From NCBI GenBank assembly GCA_041687575.1, contig JAWLBS010000001.1:2700-66699 (forward strand): 64,000 bases of DNA. The letters run 5' to 3'. Numbering within the stretch: the first letter of the stretch is position 1; the number at the start of each line of letters is the position of its first letter. The DNA is from Phycisphaerae bacterium. Lineage in GTDB: Bacteria; Planctomycetota; Phycisphaerae; UBA1845; JANYLN01. The notes below the pieces were generated by a model. That model was not told where the DNA came from. It saw only the letters and a program-made list of their open reading frames with translations, and made no database searches. Position numbers and translations under genes: made by a program. This document shows positions 45,500-53,910 of the stretch, piece by piece.

Positions 45500-45700
45500 G
45501 TCCTTATTTATCAAAAAGATATATGTGTTGGCGACTCTCGATCGCATCTATGTATCCATTCAGTGGCACACTGCCGCAAAGTCGGGACGAACGCATCATC
45601 GCGGGATCTGTTTTGAGTATTATTGAAGAATTGCGACGGGGATAATCGGGATCGGATTTGTTGCGCCCCCTGGACGGCGAGTCCAGGCCTGCCAGCCGGA

Positions 45701-46417
45701 TTATTCTTGGTCGGTGGCGACCGTTGGATCGGGCGGAGGCGCCTGCATCCTTGCCATTTCCCGTTCCACGAGGGCCTCCTGGCTGGCCTGGCGCTTGCCC
45801 AGAGTCTCCTCCAGGTCATGCAGCCGCTGCTTGAGCATCTGCACGCGAAGCCGGTCCTGCTGCAGCCGCAGGTCCACACGCTGCCGCGCCAGCCGCCGGG
45901 CCTCATCCAGCATCGCCGGCCGATCGGCATGTTCGGATGCCTGGTACTGCTGCTGCCACTCGCGAATCGCCATTTCGTTGCGATGCAGGGCGACCATCAG
46001 GTCGGCCAGCTCCGGGCTTTGGCGGCGGGCTTCCTGGAGGCGGTGCAGCCAGGGACGCATCTGTTTCTCAAGGCGGGCGTATTTTCGCGCGTCGCGCCCT
46101 CGGAGGCTGCGAAGATGGCGAGACTGTTCCGGATAGAACCGTCTGAGGGCTTCCCACAACGGCCGATCGTCGTCGTGTGGCGTCCGGGCATCATCCTCGG
46201 CCGGCCGGGAAGCCGGGGCCTGCACCTGCGCACCGGTGGCTGGCTGGCTTGCGGTGGCCCGATCCGGCCTTCGGGCGCCCTGCTGGCCGCTGGCCACGCC
46301 TGCCATCAACATGCAGCCAAGTCCGATGGTCACTATGGTCCACAATGCCCGGTGCGTCTTGCACATGTCGTCGCCCTTGTCCTTCATTGATATCTGCATC
46401 CGTTGCTTCACCACCAC
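45701..46417 (-). CDS. periplasmic coiled-coil protein (Spy/CpxP/LTXXQ-like by composition)
   Basis: Signal-peptide-like CKTHRALWTIVTIGLGCMLMAGVASG, then Arg/Gln/Glu-rich helical repeats. Lies immediately downstream of the anti-sigma gene. Start uncertain (46417, 46387 or 46366). Confidence 0.5.
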   Translation of the reverse strand: MVVKQRMQISMKDKGDDMCKTHRALWTIVTIGLGCMLMAGVASGQQGARRPDRATASQPATGAQVQAPASRPAEDDARTPHDDDRPLWEALRRFYPEQSRHLRSLRGRDARKYARLEKQMRPWLHRLQEARRQSPELADLMVALHRNEMAIREWQQQYQASEHADRPAMLDEARRLARQRVDLRLQQDRLRVQMLKQRLHDLEETLGKRQASQEALVEREMARMQAPPPDPTVATDQE

Positions 46418-46442
46418 GACTTCTCACCATGTCTTGCGGACC

Positions 46443-46988
46443 TCAGGCCAGCGCACCGTTCGGTCCGGCGGGGGCATCCTGCTGGTCCGCGGAGGGCTGC
46501 GGCAGCGCCGGTTCGCGATCCCACGACTGCGTCGCCTGCTCCAATTCCCTCAGTTCGGTGCCGATCGCGTAGATCTCTTCGTCCGCCGGTTCGGCCGGGA
46601 GCATGGCAGGCAGGGTCGCGGCGAACAGGTCGAGACTGACCGCCTCATCGGCCGTGTCGCGATCCATGGTCCGGTCCGCGATGCGCCGTGCCTGGTCCGC
46701 TGTCTGAAGCTGGATCAGGCGGCCGCGCACGAACAGGCCGGCCCCGACCGTCAGGATCACTACCGCGGCGGTTGCAGCCAGCCATCCGGCGCTGCGCCGC
46801 CAGGCAGGCATGTGCGATGGCGAGTGTAGCATTTCCTGCCGCAGCCTCGCTTTGACGCGACGCAGCGTCTCATCGGAGGGGGCGGCGGCGGCCTCGACGC
46901 GGTGGCGCAGTGCCGCCTCTGCCTGGAGGATCTGCTGTTCTATCTGCTCGTACTGCTTTTCCATATCCGTATCTGTTCGTTTCGACAT
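46443..46988 (-). CDS. putative anti-sigma factor (single-pass membrane protein)
   Basis: Position directly after the ECF sigma gene. N-terminal helical cytoplasmic part, one TM (WLAATAAVVILTVGAGLFV), short periplasmic tail. No zinc (HxxxCxxC) motif. Confidence 0.55.
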   Translation of the reverse strand: MSKRTDTDMEKQYEQIEQQILQAEAALRHRVEAAAAPSDETLRRVKARLRQEMLHSPSHMPAWRRSAGWLAATAAVVILTVGAGLFVRGRLIQLQTADQARRIADRTMDRDTADEAVSLDLFAATLPAMLPAEPADEEIYAIGTELRELEQATQSWDREPALPQPSADQQDAPAGPNGALA

Positions 46989-47019
46989 CGTGCAACTCCC
47001 GTGCAATCGCTTTTCGCGC

Positions 47020-47616
47020 TCAATCGGGGGCGTCGCCCAACCTCTCCCGCAGGTGCTTCAGGCCCCGGTGTGCCCTGGCCAGGGCGGTGCCCAGCGGTAT
47101 CTGCAGCATCTCGGCGATCTGCTTGAAGGGCAGATCGGAGAAGAACCGCAGGAGGATCACTTCCCGCTGGGTCTCGCTGAGTGTCGCGAGTGCCTGCTCC
47201 AGCGTCTGGGCCTGTTCCACCTGCAGGAGTCGGCTGTCCGGGCCGGGCCCCTCCCCCGCCAGCCGGGCGATGCAGTCCTGACCGTCCTGGCCCGTGGCGA
47301 CCGGGACCGCCCGGCCGCGACGGCGGATCGCGTCGCGGGCGAGATTGGCGGCGATGCTGAACAGCCACGGCTCGAACCGGCCGTCCTCGCGGTACCGCCC
47401 GAGCCCCCGCAACATTTTGACGAAGGTCTCCTGGAGCAGGTCCTCGGCCTGTGCCGCTGAGCCCACCATTCGATACAGCAAGCCGTAAAGCCTTGGGGCG
47501 TAAGCGTCGACCAGCCGATCGACGGCGTCGGTCTGGCCTGATTTCGCCCGGCTTACCAGCTCGGTCAAGTCGGTTGTCTGTTCTATCCGTTCCAAGGTTC
47601 TACCTGTATAACGCAT
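47020..47616 (-). CDS. ECF (group 4) RNA polymerase sigma factor
   Basis: Region 2 DLLQETFVKMLRGL..PWLFSIAANLARD. Region 4 LSETQREVILLRFFSDLPFKQIAEMLQIPLGTALARAHRGLKHLR. Start at MRYTGR (ATG 47616). Confidence 0.85.
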   Translation of the reverse strand: MRYTGRTLERIEQTTDLTELVSRAKSGQTDAVDRLVDAYAPRLYGLLYRMVGSAAQAEDLLQETFVKMLRGLGRYREDGRFEPWLFSIAANLARDAIRRRGRAVPVATGQDGQDCIARLAGEGPGPDSRLLQVEQAQTLEQALATLSETQREVILLRFFSDLPFKQIAEMLQIPLGTALARAHRGLKHLRERLGDAPD

Positions 47617-47675
47617 CGTCCGGCGGGCGATTGCATCCCGCCGAGCCTGCTGCGCAGCATCCTGTTCGGTAGCAC

Positions 47676-47703
47676 TTGAATTCCTTCTGGCCAACGGTAC
47701 AAT
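47676..47703 (+). promoter_or_regulatory. sigma70-type promoter of rpmB
   Basis: TTGAAT (47676-47681), 16 nt, TACAAT (47698-47703). Confidence 0.5.
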
Positions 47704-47755
47704 GTTGGTTTTCGGCGCAGGAAGCTTTGATAACGGTCCCTTGGGAGTCCTGGCT

Positions 47756-48013
47756 ATGCCTCGAGTTTGCCAATTTACCGGTAAGAAAACAATACACGGA
47801 CGCAGCATCACCCGCCGCGGCAAGGCCAAGTACCTCGGCGGCGTCGGCGTCAAGACCACCGGCATCACCAACCGGAAGTTCAAGGCGAACATCCAGAAGG
47901 TCAGGGCGGTTGTCAATGGCGTGGTGGTCCGCGTCAAGGCCTCGGCCAAGGCGATGCGCCTGGGCCTGATCGAAAAGCCGGTCAAGCGGAATTACAAGCC
48001 CGAGCAGTCGTAG
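47756..48013 (+). CDS. rpmB: 50S ribosomal protein L28
   Basis: MPRVCQFTGKKTIHGRSITRRGKAK... matches the L28 N-terminal signature (M-x-R-x-C-x-x-TGK). Confidence 0.9.
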   Translation: MPRVCQFTGKKTIHGRSITRRGKAKYLGGVGVKTTGITNRKFKANIQKVRAVVNGVVVRVKASAKAMRLGLIEKPVKRNYKPEQS

Positions 48014-48053
48014 ACGGCCCGGCTTCTTTACGAACACGGTTTCGATCGTTAGA

Positions 48054-48084
48054 AAACGAGGCTGTCACCGGCCTCGTTTTTTCT
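48054..48084 (+). terminator. intrinsic terminator after rpmB
   Basis: ACGAGGC (48056-48062) pairs with GCCTCGT (48071-48077), followed by TTTTTT. Confidence 0.6.
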
Positions 48085-48120
48085 TGCGCGGTACGAACGA
48101 ACAGGATGTGGGGTGTCCGC

Positions 48121-48441
48121 ATGTCGGAAAGCAGGAAGGTCAGCGAGCAGCAGGTCCGCCACATCGGGCTGCTGAGCCGCCTGAACTTATCGGACGAAGA
48201 GGTGGGGCTGTTCAGCGGGCAGCTCTCCTCGATCGTCGAGTACATCGAGCAGCTGAGCGAGGTGGACACGGCTGGCGTCGAGCCGACCGCCCACGCCCTG
48301 CCGCTGCGCAACGTGACGCGGCCGGACGAGGTCGGGCTGACCACGCAGCCCTTAGGGCCCGACGGCGTGCTGGCCAATGCCCCGGACCGGGACGGGAGTT
48401 TCTTCCGCGTGCCCAAGGTGCTGGAGCAGGACAGCGCGTAG
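48121..48441 (+). CDS. gatC: Asp/Glu-tRNA amidotransferase subunit C
   Basis: VRHIGLLSRLNLSDEEV...IVEYIEQLSEVDT...EPT pattern typical of GatC. 106 aa. Confidence 0.9.
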   Translation: MSESRKVSEQQVRHIGLLSRLNLSDEEVGLFSGQLSSIVEYIEQLSEVDTAGVEPTAHALPLRNVTRPDEVGLTTQPLGPDGVLANAPDRDGSFFRVPKVLEQDSA

Positions 48442-48498
48442 GGGACAGGGGGCAGGTGACGGGTTACAGGGGACACAGCCGATCGAAAGCCGGGGCCG

Positions 48499-49275
48499 GT
48501 GATGAAACTGAAGACCCGTATCCGCTTGATCCTGAAGGACCAGATGCCTCGCGCGTACCTGGTCCTGGCCGGGTTGTTCGTCGTCATCGGGCTGGTGCAG
48601 TGCGTCCGGTGGCAGGTTTCGGGCCTGACCGCGCTGTCCGTGCTGGTGAGCTTCGCTCCGGCGGCTGCATTTGCCGCGGCGTATGCCGCGACCCGCAGAA
48701 AGTGGATCTCTGCGATGCCCGGCATCGCGACGGCCTTTTGCCTGCTGGTGCTGGGGCATTGGGGGGCCGTTACCCTTGCCATCGAAGCCCTTAACTCGGC
48801 CACAGCAGAAGTGACCGATGCGGGTGAGTACGCGTCGGTGCTTGATGAGTACTGGAGCTCGAACAGTGACCTCGTCAGCCATTTCCCCCGGCCGATCCCT
48901 TCCGAGGCGCGAGATGTGCGGTTTTCGTTTCAGCCGGGATTTCTGCAGGGTGGGACCCATGTGCAGCTGCGATTCTCGGTGCCCGAGCAGGAGATTTCGG
49001 ACCTGTACGAACATTTTGCCGCCATCAGGACGAAGTCGTTCCATGGTGGTGACTGGGGCGAGCACGCGAATGCGAAAGATGGCATGCCGACGACCTGGTT
49101 TCACACGGGCGACTCGCAGGACAGATCGTTTCCAGCTGATTATGAGGTCATGATCCTGGACCCTCTCCTGACCGAACAGGAGCGGGCGACGGGAAGCTGG
49201 AACCACGGCCGGAGTCATGGCGTGGCTATCAGCCGGGAGCGGGGCGAGATCGTTTACTGGGCGGAGGACTGGTGA
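48499..49275 (+). CDS. hypothetical membrane protein inserted between gatC and gatA
   Basis: ORF only. Three or four N-terminal TM helices, then a ~150-aa soluble domain with no motif I recognise. Confidence 0.5.
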   Translation: MMKLKTRIRLILKDQMPRAYLVLAGLFVVIGLVQCVRWQVSGLTALSVLVSFAPAAAFAAAYAATRRKWISAMPGIATAFCLLVLGHWGAVTLAIEALNSATAEVTDAGEYASVLDEYWSSNSDLVSHFPRPIPSEARDVRFSFQPGFLQGGTHVQLRFSVPEQEISDLYEHFAAIRTKSFHGGDWGEHANAKDGMPTTWFHTGDSQDRSFPADYEVMILDPLLTEQERATGSWNHGRSHGVAISRERGEIVYWAEDW

Positions 49276-49352
49276 CCGCCCGCCTACGGTCGAGCAGGCC
49301 CTTGTCTCGTGCTGTACAATGGCCGGACATTTGAACAAGAGGAAACGCCGAG

Positions 49353-50813
49353 ATGCAGACTGCGTATCAGATAAGTCAGGCAATCCGAAGTGGCAAGTTG
49401 ACCGCTGAGCAGGCCGTGACGGCTTCGCTCGAGGCGATCGGCAAGCTCGACCCGCAGGTCCGGTCGTTTCTGTGGGTCAACCAGCAGGGGGCACTCGAGG
49501 CCGCGCGGCAGATCGACAGGCGAATCGCCGCGGGCGAGGCGGTCGGGCCGCTGGCGGGGGTGCCGGTGGCGGTCAAGGACAACATCTGCACCATGGTCGG
49601 CCGGACGACCTGCGCGTCAAAGATCCTGGAAAACTTCCAGAGCCCCTATAACGCCCACGTGATCGACCTGCTGGAAAAGGCCGGGGCGGTCGTCGTCGGC
49701 AAGACCAATCTCGACGAGTTCGCCATGGGCTCATCGACGGAGAATTCCGCCCTGGCGGCCACCCGCAACCCGTGGGACATGGAGAAGGTCCCCGGCGGCT
49801 CGTCGGGCGGTTCGGCGGCGGCGGTGGCCGGTCGGATGGTGCCGGTGGCGCTGGGGTCGGACACGGGCGGGTCGATCCGCCAGCCGGCCAGCTTCTGCGG
49901 CGTGACGGGTCTCAAGCCGACGTACGGGCGGGTCAGCCGGTTCGGGCTGGTCGCCTTCGGCAGCAGTCTCGACCAGATCGGGCCGTTTGCCACCGACGCC
50001 CGCGATGCGGCGCTGCTGCTGCAGGCGGTGGCCGGCCACGACCTGCGGGATTCGACCTCGGCTGACGAGCTAGTGCCGGACTATCTGCAGCAGATCGAGT
50101 CGCTGGAGCTGCCGCTGAAGGTGGGGATCGCCGCGGAATACTTCGGCGAGGGGCTCGACCCGCAGGTGAGGGTCGCGGTCGAGGCGGCGATCGAGCTGCT
50201 CAAGGGCAAAGGGGCCCAGATCGTCGAGGTGCACCTGCCGCATCTGAAGTACGCGGTGGCGACCTACTACATCGTCGCGACGGCCGAGGCATCCAGCAAC
50301 CTCGCCCGCTACGACGGCGTGCACTACGGCCACCGCACCGCCCAGCCGCGGGATTACATTGATATGTACTGCACCAGCCGGGCCGAGGGTTTCGGCCAGG
50401 AGGTCAAGCGGCGGATCATGCTGGGGACGTTCACGCTGTCCAGCGGCTACTACGACGCGTACTACAACAAGGCGTTGAAGGTCCGCACGCTGATCAAGCG
50501 GGACTTCGAGCGTGCGTTCGAGCAGTGCGACGTGATCGTCTCGCCGACGGCCCCCGCGCCGGCCTGGACGCTCGGGCAGATGGCGGACGACCCGCTGGCG
50601 ATGTACCTGGCGGACATCTACACGATCTCGGCGAACCTGGCGGGCATCCCGGGCATCAGCGTGCCGTGCGGGCTGAGCAATGCCGGCCTGCCGATCGGGA
50701 TGCAGCTGATGGGCAGGCACTTCGCCGAAGGGCGGCTGCTGCAGGCGGCGTGGGCGTATCAGCAGGAGACCGACTGGCACAAGAAGCAGCCGGAGCTGGC
50801 GGTGGGCAGTTAG
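49353..50813 (+). CDS. gatA: Asp/Glu-tRNA amidotransferase subunit A
   Basis: Amidase signature GGSSGGSAAAVA, GSDTGGSIRQPA, KDN. Confidence 0.95.
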   Translation: MQTAYQISQAIRSGKLTAEQAVTASLEAIGKLDPQVRSFLWVNQQGALEAARQIDRRIAAGEAVGPLAGVPVAVKDNICTMVGRTTCASKILENFQSPYNAHVIDLLEKAGAVVVGKTNLDEFAMGSSTENSALAATRNPWDMEKVPGGSSGGSAAAVAGRMVPVALGSDTGGSIRQPASFCGVTGLKPTYGRVSRFGLVAFGSSLDQIGPFATDARDAALLLQAVAGHDLRDSTSADELVPDYLQQIESLELPLKVGIAAEYFGEGLDPQVRVAVEAAIELLKGKGAQIVEVHLPHLKYAVATYYIVATAEASSNLARYDGVHYGHRTAQPRDYIDMYCTSRAEGFGQEVKRRIMLGTFTLSSGYYDAYYNKALKVRTLIKRDFERAFEQCDVIVSPTAPAPAWTLGQMADDPLAMYLADIYTISANLAGIPGISVPCGLSNAGLPIGMQLMGRHFAEGRLLQAAWAYQQETDWHKKQPELAVGS

Positions 50814-50886
50814 CTATGGCAACAAGCGACGCAAGCATCTCTTCGTGCCACTGGGAAACGCACCAAGGTGGCGATTGGAATCGGGC

Positions 50887-51771
50887 ATGAGTTGGCTACT
50901 GTTTCTTGACGAAAGCGGACATGACCATCTGAACGCACCGTATGAGGTTCACGGTGGCATTGCGATTCATGCATCGAAGCTTTGGGCCTTCATCCAGGCC
51001 GTGAAGACGCTGGAACAGTCGGTCTTCGGTGCGGATCTGCGTGAATACGATGTCGAAATCAAAGGAGCGAAGCTGCTTCGCCGTCGGTGTTTCGATTGGC
51101 AGGGCCAAGGCGTTGTACTCGACAACGCCGCACGGAGGAAGCATGCGCTCAACTTCCTTAATTGTGGCAAGCAGGATCGACGGCCTCGGCGGGAAGAATT
51201 CACTGCTTACGGACAGGCATGCATCGCCATGGCAGAGGGAGTGATCCAGCTCCTCAAGAGTCATGATGCAATGCTTTTCGCGGCTGTGGTTCCTCGTCAT
51301 GTGAGGCCGTCAGCGACACCGACAGACTACCTGCGCAAGGATCTGGTCTTCCTGCTGGAACGTTACTTCTACTTCCTCGAGCTCCGGCAGGAAAACGGGT
51401 TGCTTGTCATGGACGGGTCCGACAAGGCCGCGGATAGGCATGTCGTTCGCTGTATGGAGCGATACTTCACGCTAACGCAGGTTGGACGTCAGCGAACACA
51501 GTGGATCGTGCCGGTTCCACTGTTTGTGGAATCTGATATGGCTTACGGCGTCCAAGCGGCCGATCTGTGCATCTACTGCCTTAACTGGGGTTGGCGTTCG
51601 CGCGAGATGACAGAGGCAACCCGGGCGGAGATAGAGCCGTTCGTGTGGTTGCTTGGGAAATTCATGTGGCACGGGGATGGCGAACGAGGAGGCAAAGTGT
51701 TCAAGACGCACGGCGTGTTCTATCTGCCGAACCTGTACGAGGTGGGGCAGGCGCAAGAAAAAAGCAGGTAA
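50887..51771 (+). CDS. DUF3800-like protein, low-GC insertion between gatA and gatB
   Basis: Starts MSWLLFLDESGH (the xxxDESG opening typical of DUF3800). 294 aa. Visibly lower GC (mid-50s % by eye) than flanking genes. Confidence 0.6.
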   Translation: MSWLLFLDESGHDHLNAPYEVHGGIAIHASKLWAFIQAVKTLEQSVFGADLREYDVEIKGAKLLRRRCFDWQGQGVVLDNAARRKHALNFLNCGKQDRRPRREEFTAYGQACIAMAEGVIQLLKSHDAMLFAAVVPRHVRPSATPTDYLRKDLVFLLERYFYFLELRQENGLLVMDGSDKAADRHVVRCMERYFTLTQVGRQRTQWIVPVPLFVESDMAYGVQAADLCIYCLNWGWRSREMTEATRAEIEPFVWLLGKFMWHGDGERGGKVFKTHGVFYLPNLYEVGQAQEKSR

Positions 51772-51917
51772 TGCCCTCGGAGCCACCGTAGCAGCTCCTC
51801 GGCCGAACCTGCACTATAAGTATCGACGCGATGCGCACCTTTGTCAAGAAGGAACAGTGCGAGGAGCTCCGGGCCCGGGAAACTCTCGTAAGGGAAGCCC
51901 TTGAAGGATAAGAAGAT

Positions 51918-53408
51918 ATGACCACAACAACCGACCTCAAGACCCGGCCGATCATCGGCCTGGAAATCCACGTGCAGCTGGCGACGAAGACCAAGATGTT
52001 CTGCTCGTGCCCGATCGAGTTCGCCGGCGAGCCGAACAGCCGGGTCTGCCCCGTCTGCATGGGCATGCCCGGCGTGCTGCCGGTGATCAACAGGCAGGCC
52101 GTCGAATACTCGATCCGGCTGGGCATGGCGGTGGACTGCCAGATCTCGGAGTTCACCAAGTGGGACCGCAAGAGCTACTACTACCCGGACCTGCCCAAGA
52201 ACTACCAGATCAGCCAGTACGACCTGCCGCTGTGCCATGATGGCCACTTCGACATCCGGACCGACGCCGGCACCAAGCGGATCCGCATCCGCCGGGCCCA
52301 CCTCGAGGAGGACGCCGGCAAGAACCTGCACGAGGGGCTCGACCACACGCGGGTGGATCTGAACCGCGCGGGCACGGCCCTGCTGGAGATCGTTACCGAG
52401 CCGGACATCGCCAACGCCGACGAGGCGTACACCTTCTGCACCGAGCTGCAGCGGCTGGTCCGCTGGCTGGGCATCAGCGAGGCCGACATGCAGAAGGGGC
52501 ACATGCGGTTCGAGCCGAACGTCAACGTCGCGATCACCGTTCCGGACGGCAGGGAATACCGCACGCCGATCATCGAGATCAAGAACCTCAACAGCTTCCG
52601 CTCCGTCCGCAACGCGATCGCCTACGAGATCCAGCGGCAGGTCGGCGAGTGGGAGGCCGACCACGATTACACGATCGAGAAATTCGGCAAGGAGAACCGC
52701 GGCTGGGACGACGACCGCGGCGTCAGCGAGTTCCAGCGGGGCAAGGAAGAGGCCCACGACTATCGCTACTTCCCCGACCCGGACCTGGTGCCGATCGTCC
52801 CCGAGCAGGCCTGGCTCGATGAGATCCGCAGCCAGATGCCCGAGCTGCCGATCGCCCGCCAGCGCCGGCTGATCGACACGCACGGGTTGACCGAGGCCGA
52901 GGCGGTGCAGATCGTCACCGACCGGGCGACCGCCGACCTGTACGAGGCCGCCATCGCGGCTGGCGGGGACGCCAACGTGCTGGCGCGGGAATTCGTCTCG
53001 TTCTGGGCGATGCACGCCAACGCCCGCCAGTGCACGATCGCCGAGCTCGGCATCGACGCGGCGCGGATCGGCCAGCTCTCGCGGCTGGTGGCCGACAGCA
53101 CGATCAACGCCACCGCGGCTGCGACGATCGCCGAAAAGATGCTCACCAGCCCCGACGGACCCGAGCAGATCGCCAAAGCGGAAAACCTCATCCAGACCTC
53201 CGACGCCGGCGCCCTGGAGACGCTGGTGGACGAGGCGTTGGCCGCCAACCCCAAGGCGGTCGAATCGGCTGCGCCGGGCCACAAGAAGCAGAAGGCCTCG
53301 TTCGGCTTCTTGACTGGCCAGGTGATGAAGGCCTCCGGCGGCCAGGCGAACCCGAAGGTGGTGCAGGAGATTTTGACGAGGAAGCTGGCGGAGATTTATC
53401 CGGAGTAG
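51918..53408 (+). CDS. gatB: Asp/Glu-tRNA amidotransferase subunit B
   Basis: IGLEIHVQLATKTKMFCSC, VCPVCMGMPGVLPV, DLNRAGTALLEIVTEPD, C-terminal YqeY-like tail. Confidence 0.95.
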   Translation: MTTTTDLKTRPIIGLEIHVQLATKTKMFCSCPIEFAGEPNSRVCPVCMGMPGVLPVINRQAVEYSIRLGMAVDCQISEFTKWDRKSYYYPDLPKNYQISQYDLPLCHDGHFDIRTDAGTKRIRIRRAHLEEDAGKNLHEGLDHTRVDLNRAGTALLEIVTEPDIANADEAYTFCTELQRLVRWLGISEADMQKGHMRFEPNVNVAITVPDGREYRTPIIEIKNLNSFRSVRNAIAYEIQRQVGEWEADHDYTIEKFGKENRGWDDDRGVSEFQRGKEEAHDYRYFPDPDLVPIVPEQAWLDEIRSQMPELPIARQRRLIDTHGLTEAEAVQIVTDRATADLYEAAIAAGGDANVLAREFVSFWAMHANARQCTIAELGIDAARIGQLSRLVADSTINATAAATIAEKMLTSPDGPEQIAKAENLIQTSDAGALETLVDEALAANPKAVESAAPGHKKQKASFGFLTGQVMKASGGQANPKVVQEILTRKLAEIYPE

Positions 53409-53880
53409 TAGGGCGGGTTGTGCCCGCCAAAGTTGCCAGTTGCCAGTGAACGGCAGGGATCAGGGGTCAGGGGGCAGGGGATCGGGTGGCAAAGGTCAGT
53501 GGATCGGGTGCCGCGGTCCTGCACAAACGAGCCGCGACCGTGAGGGAGCGGTAGATCACGTAGGGCGGGTTGCCTGCGGTGAGCGAGCACAGCGAGTCGA
53601 ACCGTGTCCGCCAAGTTCGGAGTCCCGGCTTCAGCCGGCGCTTGGAGTACCTGCTTCAGCAGGCGTTCGGAGTACCGCCTTCAGGCGGTCCGCCCGAGCA
53701 AGCGCAGCGACGCGAGTGGCCGAGCTGCGTAGTTCGGGGTGCCGAACGCCAAGCAGGGCCTTGCGTCGTGGCGGATTGCAGCATCGCGTGGCATCGTGGC
53801 ATCCGGCAGCTTCAGGCGGACCTTGAATCAGGCCCCTGATGCCAGAGGCAGGTAGTCGCCGTACGGCTGTATCGGACGTC
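53408..53880. repeat. intergenic repeat mosaic
   Basis: REP GTAGGGCGGGTTGTGCCCGCC at 53408-53428, starting on the last base of the gatB stop. GGGGTCAG-type tandem at 53451-53512. GAGCCGCGACCGTGAGGGAGCGG. REP long form at 53560-53612. Repeated GTTCGGAGT(A/C)CC..CTTCAG units at 53620-53700. Confidence 0.75.
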
Positions 53881-53910
53881 CACTGACAGCGCAGCATCCT
53901 GGGGAAGACT

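Noticed and set aside
45489-45505. Sigma54-like TGGCAC element on the minus strand upstream of the dockerin gene.
   Set aside because: The downstream half reads CACC instead of TTGC at the required spacing. The same bases fit a sigma70 -35 (TTGGCA) with a TACAAT -10 at exactly 17 nt.
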